From: Macrostomum lignano
Lineage: Eukaryota
NCBI GenBank assembly: GCA_002269645.1
Contig: NIVC01001004.1
Coordinates: 62,001 to 126,000 of the forward strand
DNA length: 64,000 nucleotides
Direction: 5' to 3'
Shown here: in pieces, positions 17,191 to 31,707 of the stretch
Numbering within the stretch: position 1 is the stretch's first letter
Layout: each line of letters begins with the position of its first letter
Position numbers and translations under genes: made by a program
Notes under the pieces: model-generated
What the model was told of the DNA's origin: nothing
The model's database searches: none
The model's input: the letters and a program-made list of their open reading frames with translations, nothing else

Positions 17191-18163
17191 GCAGTTATTG
17201 GTAGAGACAGGGCAGAATGGTAGAGACAGGGCAGTTATTGGTAGAGACAGGGCAGTTATTGGTAGAGACAGGGCAGAATGGTAGAGACAGGGCAGTTATT
17301 GGTAGAGAAAGGGCAGAATGGTAGAGACAGGGCAGAATGGTAGAGACAGGGCAGAATGGTAGAGACAGGGCAGAATGGTAGAGATAGGGCAGAATGGTAG
17401 AGACAGGGCAGTTATTGGTAGAGACAGGGCAGAATGGTAGAGACAGGGCAGAATGGTAGAGACAGGGCAGAATGGTAGAGACAGGGCAGAATGGTAGAGA
17501 AAGGGCAGAATGGTAGAGACAGGGCAGTATGGTAGAGACAGGGCAGAATGGTAGAGACAGGGCAGAATGGTAGAGACAGGGCAGAATGGTAGAGACAGGG
17601 CAGAATGGTAGAGACAGGGCAGAATGGTAGAGACAGGGCAGAATGGTAGAGACAGGGCAGAATGGTAGAGAAAGGGCAGAATGGTAGAGACAGGGCAGTA
17701 TGGTAGAGACAGGGCAGAATGGTAGAGACAGGGCAGAATGGTAGAGACAGGGCAGAATGGTAGAGACAGGGCAGAATGGTAGAGACAGGGCAGAATGGTA
17801 GAGAAAGGGCAGAATGGTAGAGACAGGGCAGAATGGTAGAGACAGGGTAGAATGGTAGAGACAGGGCAGAATGGTAGAGACAGGGTAGAATGGTAGAGAC
17901 AGGGCAGAATGGTAGAGACAGGGTAGAATGGTAGAGACAGGGCAGAATGGTAGAGAAAGGGTAGAATGGTAGAGACAGGGCAGAATGGTAGAGACAGGGC
18001 AGAATGGTAGAGAAAGGGTAGAATGGTAGAGACAGGGCAGAATGGTAGAGAAAGGGCAGAATGGTAGAGACAGGGCAGAATGGTAGAGACAGGGTAGAAT
18101 GGTAGAGACAGGGCAGAATGGTAGAGACAGGGTAGAATGGTAGAGACAGGGCAGTTATTGGTA
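17191..18163. repeat. 19-bp minisatellite GGGCAGAATGGTAGAGACA (~51 copies; 21-bp GTTATT variant mainly at the edges)
   Basis: Read directly; the 19-aa periodicity of ORF 17296..18186 equals 3 x 19 bp. Confidence 0.96.
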
Positions 18164-19436
18164 AAAATATTGCTCTTCACCTTCACTTACCATTAACTGG
18201 AATCGATCAGACGCGGCGAGCTCTTTCTCAAACGACTTTTGCCGCTTAGCGACGTCATAGCATTTGCCTTTGCGGCTTATCAGCTGTTTTATGAACTCCA
18301 ATTGTTTGGACATTTGGGTTAATTTATTGAAAAAATGAAATTAATTGACAAATAGAAATCTGGCTTTTTGAAAGGCCAACTGAAGTCCCATTTTATATGA
18401 AGCGGCAGTTTGACATCAACAAGTTCACTCTAATTTTCATTGGTTCGGAATGGGGTGGTCAAAATATTTCACGTTCATAGTACGTGTCAAATCCACTATG
18501 CTTTTAGACTCGAAGGGGTGGACTGCTTCATTTCAGTAGTGACTCATTTTGACACCAAATTACTTTGATTCAAAATGAAACATGCGCATTAACCAGCATG
18601 AAACATACATTAGGTACAATATGCCCCACTCACATTCACAGCCTCATTCACAGCCTCATTCACTGCCTCATTCACAGCCTCACAGCCAGACTCACTGATC
18701 GACCCTAATCCAGTTTGGGTTTCGAATACTCAGTTATTTCTGCATTTTCAATTCATTGAGTAGCTCTGTGAGATCCGCTGCTGTCAATATACAGTGGGCA
18801 GTGGATAACAAATAAATGACACACAATGAATTGGATAGGAATTAAATGAATGATGCAAAATAGAAATTCGAGAAATAGATTAAATATGCAAGAAAAAGAC
18901 GTATATGCTCAAAAATTAGGATGAAGTCAGTCATCAACAAATCAAAGAGTAGATAAAATTTCTCTTTGGTGACTAAATAAAGTTTACAATTTTACATATT
19001 TGGAACTGCTTGACACTATTCTTTACGATAATGGCGCAATCATAAGTTTGGTGCAACAAATTTGCTTAGATAGGTGTCTTCCACCATGAACCACCCATCA
19101 CTGTCACCGAGCATTGCGCAATCTTGAGCATACCCAGAGCACGTATTTGCTTTTAAGCAATCGTGAGAACTGCGATTCTTATCTTTACTCAAAATCCAGC
19201 TACAGTGGAAAGATCGAGAAAAGCGCGAAACACACCTCCAAACAAACCGCTGTGCATAATACAAAACAATATATAGATAAAAAGTGGAACGCTCACAGCA
19301 GGTGACCAAACCAAAAGTAAAAGCAAAGCCCAATTGTATTTTGATAAAAAGCCATTACTAAAGAAGCTGGCGAAATATTTCTGAGCTAACCTGTCAATAT
19401 CAAGTATAAGTTAAACATGTAGCGCGCTGTCTATAG

Positions 19437-22400
19437 TTAGAAATGACACTCAATGGGGCTGATATACACAGGTGCAAAGATGACGCAGAGCCCGCTACTC
19501 TCAGCATCTCTAACTAGCCCTGTCGCTGTCAATATATAGAATTAAATGGAGAGCTTAGAAATGACACTCAATGGGGCTGATATACACAGGTGCAAAGATG
19601 ACGCAGAGCCCGCTACTCTCAGCATCTCTAACTAGCCCTGTCGCTGTCAATATATAGAATTAAATGGAGAGCTTAGAAATGACACTCAATGGGGCTGATA
19701 TACACAGGTGCAAAGATGACGCAGAGCCCGCTACTCTCAGCATCTCTAACTAGCCCTGTCGCTGTCAATATATAGAATTAAATGGAGAGCTTAGAAATGA
19801 CACTCAATGGGGCTGATATACACAGGTGCAAAGATGACGCAGAGCCCGCTACTCTCAGCATCTCTAACTAGCCCTGTCGCTGTCAATATATAGAATTAAA
19901 TGGAGAGCTTAGAAATGACACTCAATGGGGCTGATATACACAGGTGCAAAGATGACGCAGAGCCCGCTACTCTCAGCATCTCTAACTAGCCCTGTCGCTG
20001 TCAATATATAGAATTAAATGGAGAGCTTAGAAATGACACTCAATGGGGCTGATATACACAGGTGCAAAGATGACGCAGAGCCCGCTACTCTCAGCATCTC
20101 TAACTAGCCCTGTCGCTGTCAATATATAGAATTAAATGGAGAGCTTAGAAATGACACTCAATGGGGCTGATATACACAGGTGCAAAGATGACGCAGAGCC
20201 CGCTACTCTCAGCATCTCTAACTAGCCCTGTCGCTGTCAATATATAGAATTAAATGGAGAGCTTAGAAATGACACTCAATGGGGCTGATATACACAGGTG
20301 CAAAGATGACGCAGAGCCCGCTACTCTCAGCATCTCTAACTAGCCCTGTCGCTGTCAATATATAGAATTAAATGGAGAGCTTAGAAATGACACTCAATGG
20401 GGCTGATATACACAGGTGCAAAGATGACGCAGAGCCCGCTACTCTCAGCATCTCTAACTAGCCCTGTCGCTGTCAATATATAGAATTAAATGGAGAGCTT
20501 AGAAATGACACTCAATGGGGCTGATATACACAGGTGCAAAGATGACGCAGAGCCCGCTACTCTCAGCATCTCTAACTAGCCCTGTCGCTGTCAATATATA
20601 GAATTAAATGGAGAGCTTAGAAATGACACTCAATGGGGCTGATATACACAGGTGCAAAGATGACGCAGAGCCCGCTACTCTCAGCATCTCTAACTAGCCC
20701 TGTCGCTGTCAATATATAGAATTAAATGGAGAGCTTAGAAATGACACTCAATGGGGCTGATATACACAGGTGCAAAGATGACGCAGAGCCCGCTACTCTC
20801 AGCATCTCTAACTAGCCCTGTCGCTGTCAATATATAGAATTAAATGGAGAGCTTAGAAATGACACTCAATGGGGCTGATATACACAGGTGCAAAGATGAC
20901 GCAGAGCCCGCTACTCTCAGCATCTCTAACTAGCCCTGTCGCTGTCAATATATAGAATTAAATGGAGAGCTTAGAAATGACACTCAATGGGGCTGATATA
21001 CACAGGTGCAAAGATGACGCAGAGCCCGCTACTCTCAGCATCTCTAACTAGCCCTGTCGCTGTCAATATATAGAATTAAATGGAGAGCTTAGAAATGACA
21101 CTCAATGGGGCTGATATACACAGGTGCAAAGATGACGCAGAGCCCGCTACTCTCAGCATCTCTAACTAGCCCTGTCGCTGTCAATATATAGAATTAAATG
21201 GAGAGCTTAGAAATGACACTCAATGGGGCTGATATACACAGGTGCAAAGATGACGCAGAGCCCGCTACTCTCAGCATCTCTAACTAGCCCTGTCGCTGTC
21301 AATATATAGAATTAAATGGAGAGCTTAGAAATGACACTCAATGGGGCTGATATACACAGGTGCAAAGATGACGCAGAGCCCGCTACTCTCAGCATCTCTA
21401 ACTAGCCCTGTCGCTGTCAATATATAGAATTAAATGGAGAGCTTAGAAATGACACTCAATGGGGCTGATATACACAGGTGCAAAGATGACGCAGAGCCCG
21501 CTACTCTCAGCATCTCTAACTAGCCCTGTCGCTGTCAATATATAGAATTAAATGGAGAGCTTAGAAATGACACTCAATGGGGCTGATATACACAGGTGCA
21601 AAGATGACGCAGAGCCCGCTACTCTCAGCATCTCTAACTAGCCCTGTCGCTGTCAATATATAGAATTAAATGGAGAGCTTAGAAATGACACTCAATGGGG
21701 CTGATATACACAGGTGCAAAGATGACGCAGAGCCCGCTACTCTCAGCATCTCTAACTAGCCCTGTCGCTGTCAATATATAGAATTAAATGGAGAGCTTAG
21801 AAATGACACTCAATGGGGCTGATATACACAGGTGCAAAGATGACGCAGAGCCCGCTACTCTCAGCATCTCTAACTAGCCCTGTCGCTGTCAATATATAGA
21901 ATTAAATGGAGAGCTTAGAAATGACACTCAATGGGGCTGATATACACAGGTGCAAAGATGACGCAGAGCCCGCTACTCTCAGCATCTCTAACTAGCCCTG
22001 TCGCTGTCAATATATAGAATTAAATGGAGAGCTTAGAAATGACACTCAATGGGGCTGATATACACAGGTGCAAAGATGACGCAGAGCCCGCTACTCTCAG
22101 CATCTCTAACTAGCCCTGTCGCTGTCAATATATAGAATTAAATGGAGAGCTTAGAAATGACACTCAATGGGGCTGATATACACAGGTGCAAAGATGACGC
22201 AGAGCCCGCTACTCTCAGCATCTCTAACTAGCCCTGTCGCTGTCAATATATAGAATTAAATGGAGAGCTTAGAAATGACACTCAATGGGGCTGATATACA
22301 CAGGTGCAAAGATGACGCAGAGCCCGCTACTCTCAGCATCTCTAACTAGCCCTGTCGCTGTCAATATATAGAATTAAATGGAGAGCTTAGAAATGACACT

Positions 22401-25400
22401 CAATGGGGCTGATATACACAGGTGCAAAGATGACGCAGAGCCCGCTACTCTCAGCATCTCTAACTAGCCCTGTCGCTGTCAATATATAGAATTAAATGGA
22501 GAGCTTAGAAATGACACTCAATGGGGCTGATATACACAGGTGCAAAGATGACGCAGAGCCCGCTACTCTCAGCATCTCTAACTAGCCCTGTCGCTGTCAA
22601 TATATAGAATTAAATGGAGAGCTTAGAAATGACACTCAATGGGGCTGATATACACAGGTGCAAAGATGACGCAGAGCCCGCTACTCTCAGCATCTCTAAC
22701 TAGCCCTGTCGCTGTCAATATATAGAATTAAATGGAGAGCTTAGAAATGACACTCAATGGGGCTGATATACACAGGTGCAAAGATGACGCAGAGCCCGCT
22801 ACTCTCAGCATCTCTAACTAGCCCTGTCGCTGTCAATATATAGAATTAAATGGAGAGCTTAGAAATGACACTCAATGGGGCTGATATACACAGGTGCAAA
22901 GATGACGCAGAGCCCGCTACTCTCAGCATCTCTAACTAGCCCTGTCGCTGTCAATATATAGAATTAAATGGAGAGCTTAGAAATGACACTCAATGGGGCT
23001 GATATACACAGGTGCAAAGATGACGCAGAGCCCGCTACTCTCAGCATCTCTAACTAGCCCTGTCGCTGTCAATATATAGAATTAAATGGAGAGCTTAGAA
23101 ATGACACTCAATGGGGCTGATATACACAGGTGCAAAGATGACGCAGAGCCCGCTACTCTCAGCATCTCTAACTAGCCCTGTCGCTGTCAATATATAGAAT
23201 TAAATGGAGAGCTTAGAAATGACACTCAATGGGGCTGATATACACAGGTGCAAAGATGACGCAGAGCCCGCTACTCTCAGCATCTCTAACTAGCCCTGTC
23301 GCTGTCAATATATAGAATTAAATGGAGAGCTTAGAAATGACACTCAATGGGGCTGATATACACAGGTGCAAAGATGACGCAGAGCCCGCTACTCTCAGCA
23401 TCTCTAACTAGCCCTGTCGCTGTCAATATATAGAATTAAATGGAGAGCTTAGAAATGACACTCAATGGGGCTGATATACACAGGTGCAAAGATGACGCAG
23501 AGCCCGCTACTCTCAGCATCTCTAACTAGCCCTGTCGCTGTCAATATATAGAATTAAATGGAGAGCTTAGAAATGACACTCAATGGGGCTGATATACACA
23601 GGTGCAAAGATGACGCAGAGCCCGCTACTCTCAGCATCTCTAACTAGCCCTGTCGCTGTCAATATATAGAATTAAATGGAGAGCTTAGAAATGACACTCA
23701 ATGGGGCTGATATACACAGGTGCAAAGATGACGCAGAGCCCGCTACTCTCAGCATCTCTAACTAGCCCTGTCGCTGTCAATATATAGAATTAAATGGAGA
23801 GCTTAGAAATGACACTCAATGGGGCTGATATACACAGGTGCAAAGATGACGCAGAGCCCGCTACTCTCAGCATCTCTAACTAGCCCTGTCGCTGTCAATA
23901 TATAGAATTAAATGGAGAGCTTAGAAATGACACTCAATGGGGCTGATATACACAGGTGCAAAGATGACGCAGAGCCCGCTACTCTCAGCATCTCTAACTA
24001 GCCCTGTCGCTGTCAATATATAGAATTAAATGGAGAGCTTAGAAATGACACTCAATGGGGCTGATATACACAGGTGCAAAGATGACGCAGAGCCCGCTAC
24101 TCTCAGCATCTCTAACTAGCCCTGTCGCTGTCAATATATAGAATTAAATGGAGAGCTTAGAAATGACACTCAATGGGGCTGATATACACAGGTGCAAAGA
24201 TGACGCAGAGCCCGCTACTCTCAGCATCTCTAACTAGCCCTGTCGCTGTCAATATATAGAATTAAATGGAGAGCTTAGAAATGACACTCAATGGGGCTGA
24301 TATACACAGGTGCAAAGATGACGCAGAGCCCGCTACTCTCAGCATCTCTAACTAGCCCTGTCGCTGTCAATATATAGAATTAAATGGAGAGCTTAGAAAT
24401 GACACTCAATGGGGCTGATATACACAGGTGCAAAGATGACGCAGAGCCCGCTACTCTCAGCATCTCTAACTAGCCCTGTCGCTGTCAATATATAGAATTA
24501 AATGGAGAGCTTAGAAATGACACTCAATGGGGCTGATATACACAGGTGCAAAGATGACGCAGAGCCCGCTACTCTCAGCATCTCTAACTAGCCCTGTCGC
24601 TGTCAATATATAGAATTAAATGGAGAGCTTAGAAATGACACTCAATGGGGCTGATATACACAGGTGCAAAGATGACGCAGAGCCCGCTACTCTCAGCATC
24701 TCTAACTAGCCCTGTCGCTGTCAATATATAGAATTAAATGGAGAGCTTAGAAATGACACTCAATGGGGCTGATATACACAGGTGCAAAGATGACGCAGAG
24801 CCCGCTACTCTCAGCATCTCTAACTAGCCCTGTCGCTGTCAATATATAGAATTAAATGGAGAGCTTAGAAATGACACTCAATGGGGCTGATATACACAGG
24901 TGCAAAGATGACGCAGAGCCCGCTACTCTCAGCATCTCTAACTAGCCCTGTCGCTGTCAATATATAGAATTAAATGGAGAGCTTAGAAATGACACTCAAT
25001 GGGGCTGATATACACAGGTGCAAAGATGACGCAGAGCCCGCTACTCTCAGCATCTCTAACTAGCCCTGTCGCTGTCAATATATAGAATTAAATGGAGAGC
25101 TTAGAAATGACACTCAATGGGGCTGATATACACAGGTGCAAAGATGACGCAGAGCCCGCTACTCTCAGCATCTCTAACTAGCCCTGTCGCTGTCAATATA
25201 TAGAATTAAATGGAGAGCTTAGAAATGACACTCAATGGGGCTGATATACACAGGTGCAAAGATGACGCAGAGCCCGCTACTCTCAGCATCTCTAACTAGC
25301 CCTGTCGCTGTCAATATATAGAATTAAATGGAGAGCTTAGAAATGACACTCAATGGGGCTGATATACACAGGTGCAAAGATGACGCAGAGCCCGCTACTC

Positions 25401-28400
25401 TCAGCATCTCTAACTAGCCCTGTCGCTGTCAATATATAGAATTAAATGGAGAGCTTAGAAATGACACTCAATGGGGCTGATATACACAGGTGCAAAGATG
25501 ACGCAGAGCCCGCTACTCTCAGCATCTCTAACTAGCCCTGTCGCTGTCAATATATAGAATTAAATGGAGAGCTTAGAAATGACACTCAATGGGGCTGATA
25601 TACACAGGTGCAAAGATGACGCAGAGCCCGCTACTCTCAGCATCTCTAACTAGCCCTGTCGCTGTCAATATATAGAATTAAATGGAGAGCTTAGAAATGA
25701 CACTCAATGGGGCTGATATACACAGGTGCAAAGATGACGCAGAGCCCGCTACTCTCAGCATCTCTAACTAGCCCTGTCGCTGTCAATATATAGAATTAAA
25801 TGGAGAGCTTAGAAATGACACTCAATGGGGCTGATATACACAGGTGCAAAGATGACGCAGAGCCCGCTACTCTCAGCATCTCTAACTAGCCCTGTCGCTG
25901 TCAATATATAGAATTAAATGGAGAGCTTAGAAATGACACTCAATGGGGCTGATATACACAGGTGCAAAGATGACGCAGAGCCCGCTACTCTCAGCATCTC
26001 TAACTAGCCCTGTCGCTGTCAATATATAGAATTAAATGGAGAGCTTAGAAATGACACTCAATGGGGCTGATATACACAGGTGCAAAGATGACGCAGAGCC
26101 CGCTACTCTCAGCATCTCTAACTAGCCCTGTCGCTGTCAATATATAGAATTAAATGGAGAGCTTAGAAATGACACTCAATGGGGCTGATATACACAGGTG
26201 CAAAGATGACGCAGAGCCCGCTACTCTCAGCATCTCTAACTAGCCCTGTCGCTGTCAATATATAGAATTAAATGGAGAGCTTAGAAATGACACTCAATGG
26301 GGCTGATATACACAGGTGCAAAGATGACGCAGAGCCCGCTACTCTCAGCATCTCTAACTAGCCCTGTCGCTGTCAATATATAGAATTAAATGGAGAGCTT
26401 AGAAATGACACTCAATGGGGCTGATATACACAGGTGCAAAGATGACGCAGAGCCCGCTACTCTCAGCATCTCTAACTAGCCCTGTCGCTGTCAATATATA
26501 GAATTAAATGGAGAGCTTAGAAATGACACTCAATGGGGCTGATATACACAGGTGCAAAGATGACGCAGAGCCCGCTACTCTCAGCATCTCTAACTAGCCC
26601 TGTCGCTGTCAATATATAGAATTAAATGGAGAGCTTAGAAATGACACTCAATGGGGCTGATATACACAGGTGCAAAGATGACGCAGAGCCCGCTACTCTC
26701 AGCATCTCTAACTAGCCCTGTCGCTGTCAATATATAGAATTAAATGGAGAGCTTAGAAATGACACTCAATGGGGCTGATATACACAGGTGCAAAGATGAC
26801 GCAGAGCCCGCTACTCTCAGCATCTCTAACTAGCCCTGTCGCTGTCAATATATAGAATTAAATGGAGAGCTTAGAAATGACACTCAATGGGGCTGATATA
26901 CACAGGTGCAAAGATGACGCAGAGCCCGCTACTCTCAGCATCTCTAACTAGCCCTGTCGCTGTCAATATATAGAATTAAATGGAGAGCTTAGAAATGACA
27001 CTCAATGGGGCTGATATACACAGGTGCAAAGATGACGCAGAGCCCGCTACTCTCAGCATCTCTAACTAGCCCTGTCGCTGTCAATATATAGAATTAAATG
27101 GAGAGCTTAGAAATGACACTCAATGGGGCTGATATACACAGGTGCAAAGATGACGCAGAGCCCGCTACTCTCAGCATCTCTAACTAGCCCTGTCGCTGTC
27201 AATATATAGAATTAAATGGAGAGCTTAGAAATGACACTCAATGGGGCTGATATACACAGGTGCAAAGATGACGCAGAGCCCGCTACTCTCAGCATCTCTA
27301 ACTAGCCCTGTCGCTGTCAATATATAGAATTAAATGGAGAGCTTAGAAATGACACTCAATGGGGCTGATATACACAGGTGCAAAGATGACGCAGAGCCCG
27401 CTACTCTCAGCATCTCTAACTAGCCCTGTCGCTGTCAATATATAGAATTAAATGGAGAGCTTAGAAATGACACTCAATGGGGCTGATATACACAGGTGCA
27501 AAGATGACGCAGAGCCCGCTACTCTCAGCATCTCTAACTAGCCCTGTCGCTGTCAATATATAGAATTAAATGGAGAGCTTAGAAATGACACTCAATGGGG
27601 CTGATATACACAGGTGCAAAGATGACGCAGAGCCCGCTACTCTCAGCATCTCTAACTAGCCCTGTCGCTGTCAATATATAGAATTAAATGGAGAGCTTAG
27701 AAATGACACTCAATGGGGCTGATATACACAGGTGCAAAGATGACGCAGAGCCCGCTACTCTCAGCATCTCTAACTAGCCCTGTCGCTGTCAATATATAGA
27801 ATTAAATGGAGAGCTTAGAAATGACACTCAATGGGGCTGATATACACAGGTGCAAAGATGACGCAGAGCCCGCTACTCTCAGCATCTCTAACTAGCCCTG
27901 TCGCTGTCAATATATAGAATTAAATGGAGAGCTTAGAAATGACACTCAATGGGGCTGATATACACAGGTGCAAAGATGACGCAGAGCCCGCTACTCTCAG
28001 CATCTCTAACTAGCCCTGTCGCTGTCAATATATAGAATTAAATGGAGAGCTTAGAAATGACACTCAATGGGGCTGATATACACAGGTGCAAAGATGACGC
28101 AGAGCCCGCTACTCTCAGCATCTCTAACTAGCCCTGTCGCTGTCAATATATAGAATTAAATGGAGAGCTTAGAAATGACACTCAATGGGGCTGATATACA
28201 CAGGTGCAAAGATGACGCAGAGCCCGCTACTCTCAGCATCTCTAACTAGCCCTGTCGCTGTCAATATATAGAATTAAATGGAGAGCTTAGAAATGACACT
28301 CAATGGGGCTGATATACACAGGTGCAAAGATGACGCAGAGCCCGCTACTCTCAGCATCTCTAACTAGCCCTGTCGCTGTCAATATATAGAATTAAATGGA

Positions 28401-31396
28401 GAGCTTAGAAATGACACTCAATGGGGCTGATATACACAGGTGCAAAGATGACGCAGAGCCCGCTACTCTCAGCATCTCTAACTAGCCCTGTCGCTGTCAA
28501 TATATAGAATTAAATGGAGAGCTTAGAAATGACACTCAATGGGGCTGATATACACAGGTGCAAAGATGACGCAGAGCCCGCTACTCTCAGCATCTCTAAC
28601 TAGCCCTGTCGCTGTCAATATATAGAATTAAATGGAGAGCTTAGAAATGACACTCAATGGGGCTGATATACACAGGTGCAAAGATGACGCAGAGCCCGCT
28701 ACTCTCAGCATCTCTAACTAGCCCTGTCGCTGTCAATATATAGAATTAAATGGAGAGCTTAGAAATGACACTCAATGGGGCTGATATACACAGGTGCAAA
28801 GATGACGCAGAGCCCGCTACTCTCAGCATCTCTAACTAGCCCTGTCGCTGTCAATATATAGAATTAAATGGAGAGCTTAGAAATGACACTCAATGGGGCT
28901 GATATACACAGGTGCAAAGATGACGCAGAGCCCGCTACTCTCAGCATCTCTAACTAGCCCTGTCGCTGTCAATATATAGAATTAAATGGAGAGCTTAGAA
29001 ATGACACTCAATGGGGCTGATATACACAGGTGCAAAGATGACGCAGAGCCCGCTACTCTCAGCATCTCTAACTAGCCCTGTCGCTGTCAATATATAGAAT
29101 TAAATGGAGAGCTTAGAAATGACACTCAATGGGGCTGATATACACAGGTGCAAAGATGACGCAGAGCCCGCTACTCTCAGCATCTCTAACTAGCCCTGTC
29201 GCTGTCAATATATAGAATTAAATGGAGAGCTTAGAAATGACACTCAATGGGGCTGATATACACAGGTGCAAAGATGACGCAGAGCCCGCTACTCTCAGCA
29301 TCTCTAACTAGCCCTGTCGCTGTCAATATATAGAATTAAATGGAGAGCTTAGAAATGACACTCAATGGGGCTGATATACACAGGTGCAAAGATGACGCAG
29401 AGCCCGCTACTCTCAGCATCTCTAACTAGCCCTGTCGCTGTCAATATATAGAATTAAATGGAGAGCTTAGAAATGACACTCAATGGGGCTGATATACACA
29501 GGTGCAAAGATGACGCAGAGCCCGCTACTCTCAGCATCTCTAACTAGCCCTGTCGCTGTCAATATATAGAATTAAATGGAGAGCTTAGAAATGACACTCA
29601 ATGGGGCTGATATACACAGGTGCAAAGATGACGCAGAGCCCGCTACTCTCAGCATCTCTAACTAGCCCTGTCGCTGTCAATATATAGAATTAAATGGAGA
29701 GCTTAGAAATGACACTCAATGGGGCTGATATACACAGGTGCAAAGATGACGCAGAGCCCGCTACTCTCAGCATCTCTAACTAGCCCTGTCGCTGTCAATA
29801 TATAGAATTAAATGGAGAGCTTAGAAATGACACTCAATGGGGCTGATATACACAGGTGCAAAGATGACGCAGAGCCCGCTACTCTCAGCATCTCTAACTA
29901 GCCCTGTCGCTGTCAATATATAGAATTAAATGGAGAGCTTAGAAATGACACTCAATGGGGCTGATATACACAGGTGCAAAGATGACGCAGAGCCCGCTAC
30001 TCTCAGCATCTCTAACTAGCCCTGTCGCTGTCAATATATAGAATTAAATGGAGAGCTTAGAAATGACACTCAATGGGGCTGATATACACAGGTGCAAAGA
30101 TGACGCAGAGCCCGCTACTCTCAGCATCTCTAACTAGCCCTGTCGCTGTCAATATATAGAATTAAATGGAGAGCTTAGAAATGACACTCAATGGGGCTGA
30201 TATACACAGGTGCAAAGATGACGCAGAGCCCGCTACTCTCAGCATCTCTAACTAGCCCTGTCGCTGTCAATATATAGAATTAAATGGAGAGCTTAGAAAT
30301 GACACTCAATGGGGCTGATATACACAGGTGCAAAGATGACGCAGAGCCCGCTACTCTCAGCATCTCTAACTAGCCCTGTCGCTGTCAATATATAGAATTA
30401 AATGGAGAGCTTAGAAATGACACTCAATGGGGCTGATATACACAGGTGCAAAGATGACGCAGAGCCCGCTACTCTCAGCATCTCTAACTAGCCCTGTCGC
30501 TGTCAATATATAGAATTAAATGGAGAGCTTAGAAATGACACTCAATGGGGCTGATATACACAGGTGCAAAGATGACGCAGAGCCCGCTACTCTCAGCATC
30601 TCTAACTAGCCCTGTCGCTGTCAATATATAGAATTAAATGGAGAGCTTAGAAATGACACTCAATGGGGCTGATATACACAGGTGCAAAGATGACGCAGAG
30701 CCCGCTACTCTCAGCATCTCTAACTAGCCCTGTCGCTGTCAATATATAGAATTAAATGGAGAGCTTAGAAATGACACTCAATGGGGCTGATATACACAGG
30801 TGCAAAGATGACGCAGAGCCCGCTACTCTCAGCATCTCTAACTAGCCCTGTCGCTGTCAATATATAGAATTAAATGGAGAGCTTAGAAATGACACTCAAT
30901 GGGGCTGATATACACAGGTGCAAAGATGACGCAGAGCCCGCTACTCTCAGCATCTCTAACTAGCCCTGTCGCTGTCAATATATAGAATTAAATGGAGAGC
31001 TTAGAAATGACACTCAATGGGGCTGATATACACAGGTGCAAAGATGACGCAGAGCCCGCTACTCTCAGCATCTCTAACTAGCCCTGTCGCTGTCAATATA
31101 TAGAATTAAATGGAGAGCTTAGAAATGACACTCAATGGGGCTGATATACACAGGTGCAAAGATGACGCAGAGCCCGCTACTCTCAGCATCTCTAACTAGC
31201 CCTGTCGCTGTCAATATATAGAATTAAATGGAGAGCTTAGAAATGACACTCAATGGGGCTGATATACACAGGTGCAAAGATGACGCAGAGCCCGCTACTC
31301 TCAGCATCTCTAACTAGCCCTGTCGCTGTCAATATATAGAATTAAATGGAGAGCTTAGAAATGACACTCAATGGGGCTGATATACGCAGGTGCAAA
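19437..31396. repeat. 118-bp satellite, 101 full copies plus a 42-bp partial copy, apparently identical
   Basis: Unit TTAGAAATGACACTCAATGGGGCTGATATACACAGGTGCAAAGATGACGCAGAGCCCGCTACTCTCAGCATCTCTAACTAGCCCTGTCGCTGTCAATATATAGAATTAAATGGAGAGC. TGCAAA ends at 19478 and 31396, a difference of 11918 = 101 x 118 exactly. Confidence 0.98.
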
Positions 31397-31707
31397 TATT
31401 GTTATTTACATAGTTATTTGAATAACTATAACTTCAAATAGTTTTTCGAAGGATTGTAGTTTTGTCTCTTGAAGTCTAATATGTGTCTTTGTTTTTCTCC
31501 TTAAAGTAGTGTATCTGATTTTAGCTTTATTTTTGTTGGGATAGGGAAAATCTTGTGTTGTTTTATTGGTTTAAGTTTCGTCATTTTTTATATGGGGTAT
31601 ATTTAGAATATATCCTTTTTTGAAACGGTAATTTTTTGCGCGTCATTTTTAGTTACTTAGAGGATATATTCGATTGTGTCATTTCTACATTCTGCGTCAT
31701 CCAAACG

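Larger units (their letters stand above)
16646..31707. mobile_element. Candidate 15,062-bp non-autonomous insertion with degenerate inverted ends, splitting the 18-bp array
   Basis: The array's variant order resumes in register at 31708; a C5 run appears as CCCC on the left plus CCCCC on the right; ~25/32-nt imperfect subterminal inverted repeat; no transposase ORF found inside. Confidence 0.5.

Noticed and set aside
19437-31396. CRISPR array, or a 5S/tRNA/snRNA/SL RNA gene cluster
   Set aside because: Units are identical with no unique spacers, and there are no cas genes in this eukaryotic context. I found no recognisable RNA gene sequence, Pol III boxes or Sm site, though an Rfam scan would be needed to exclude one fully.
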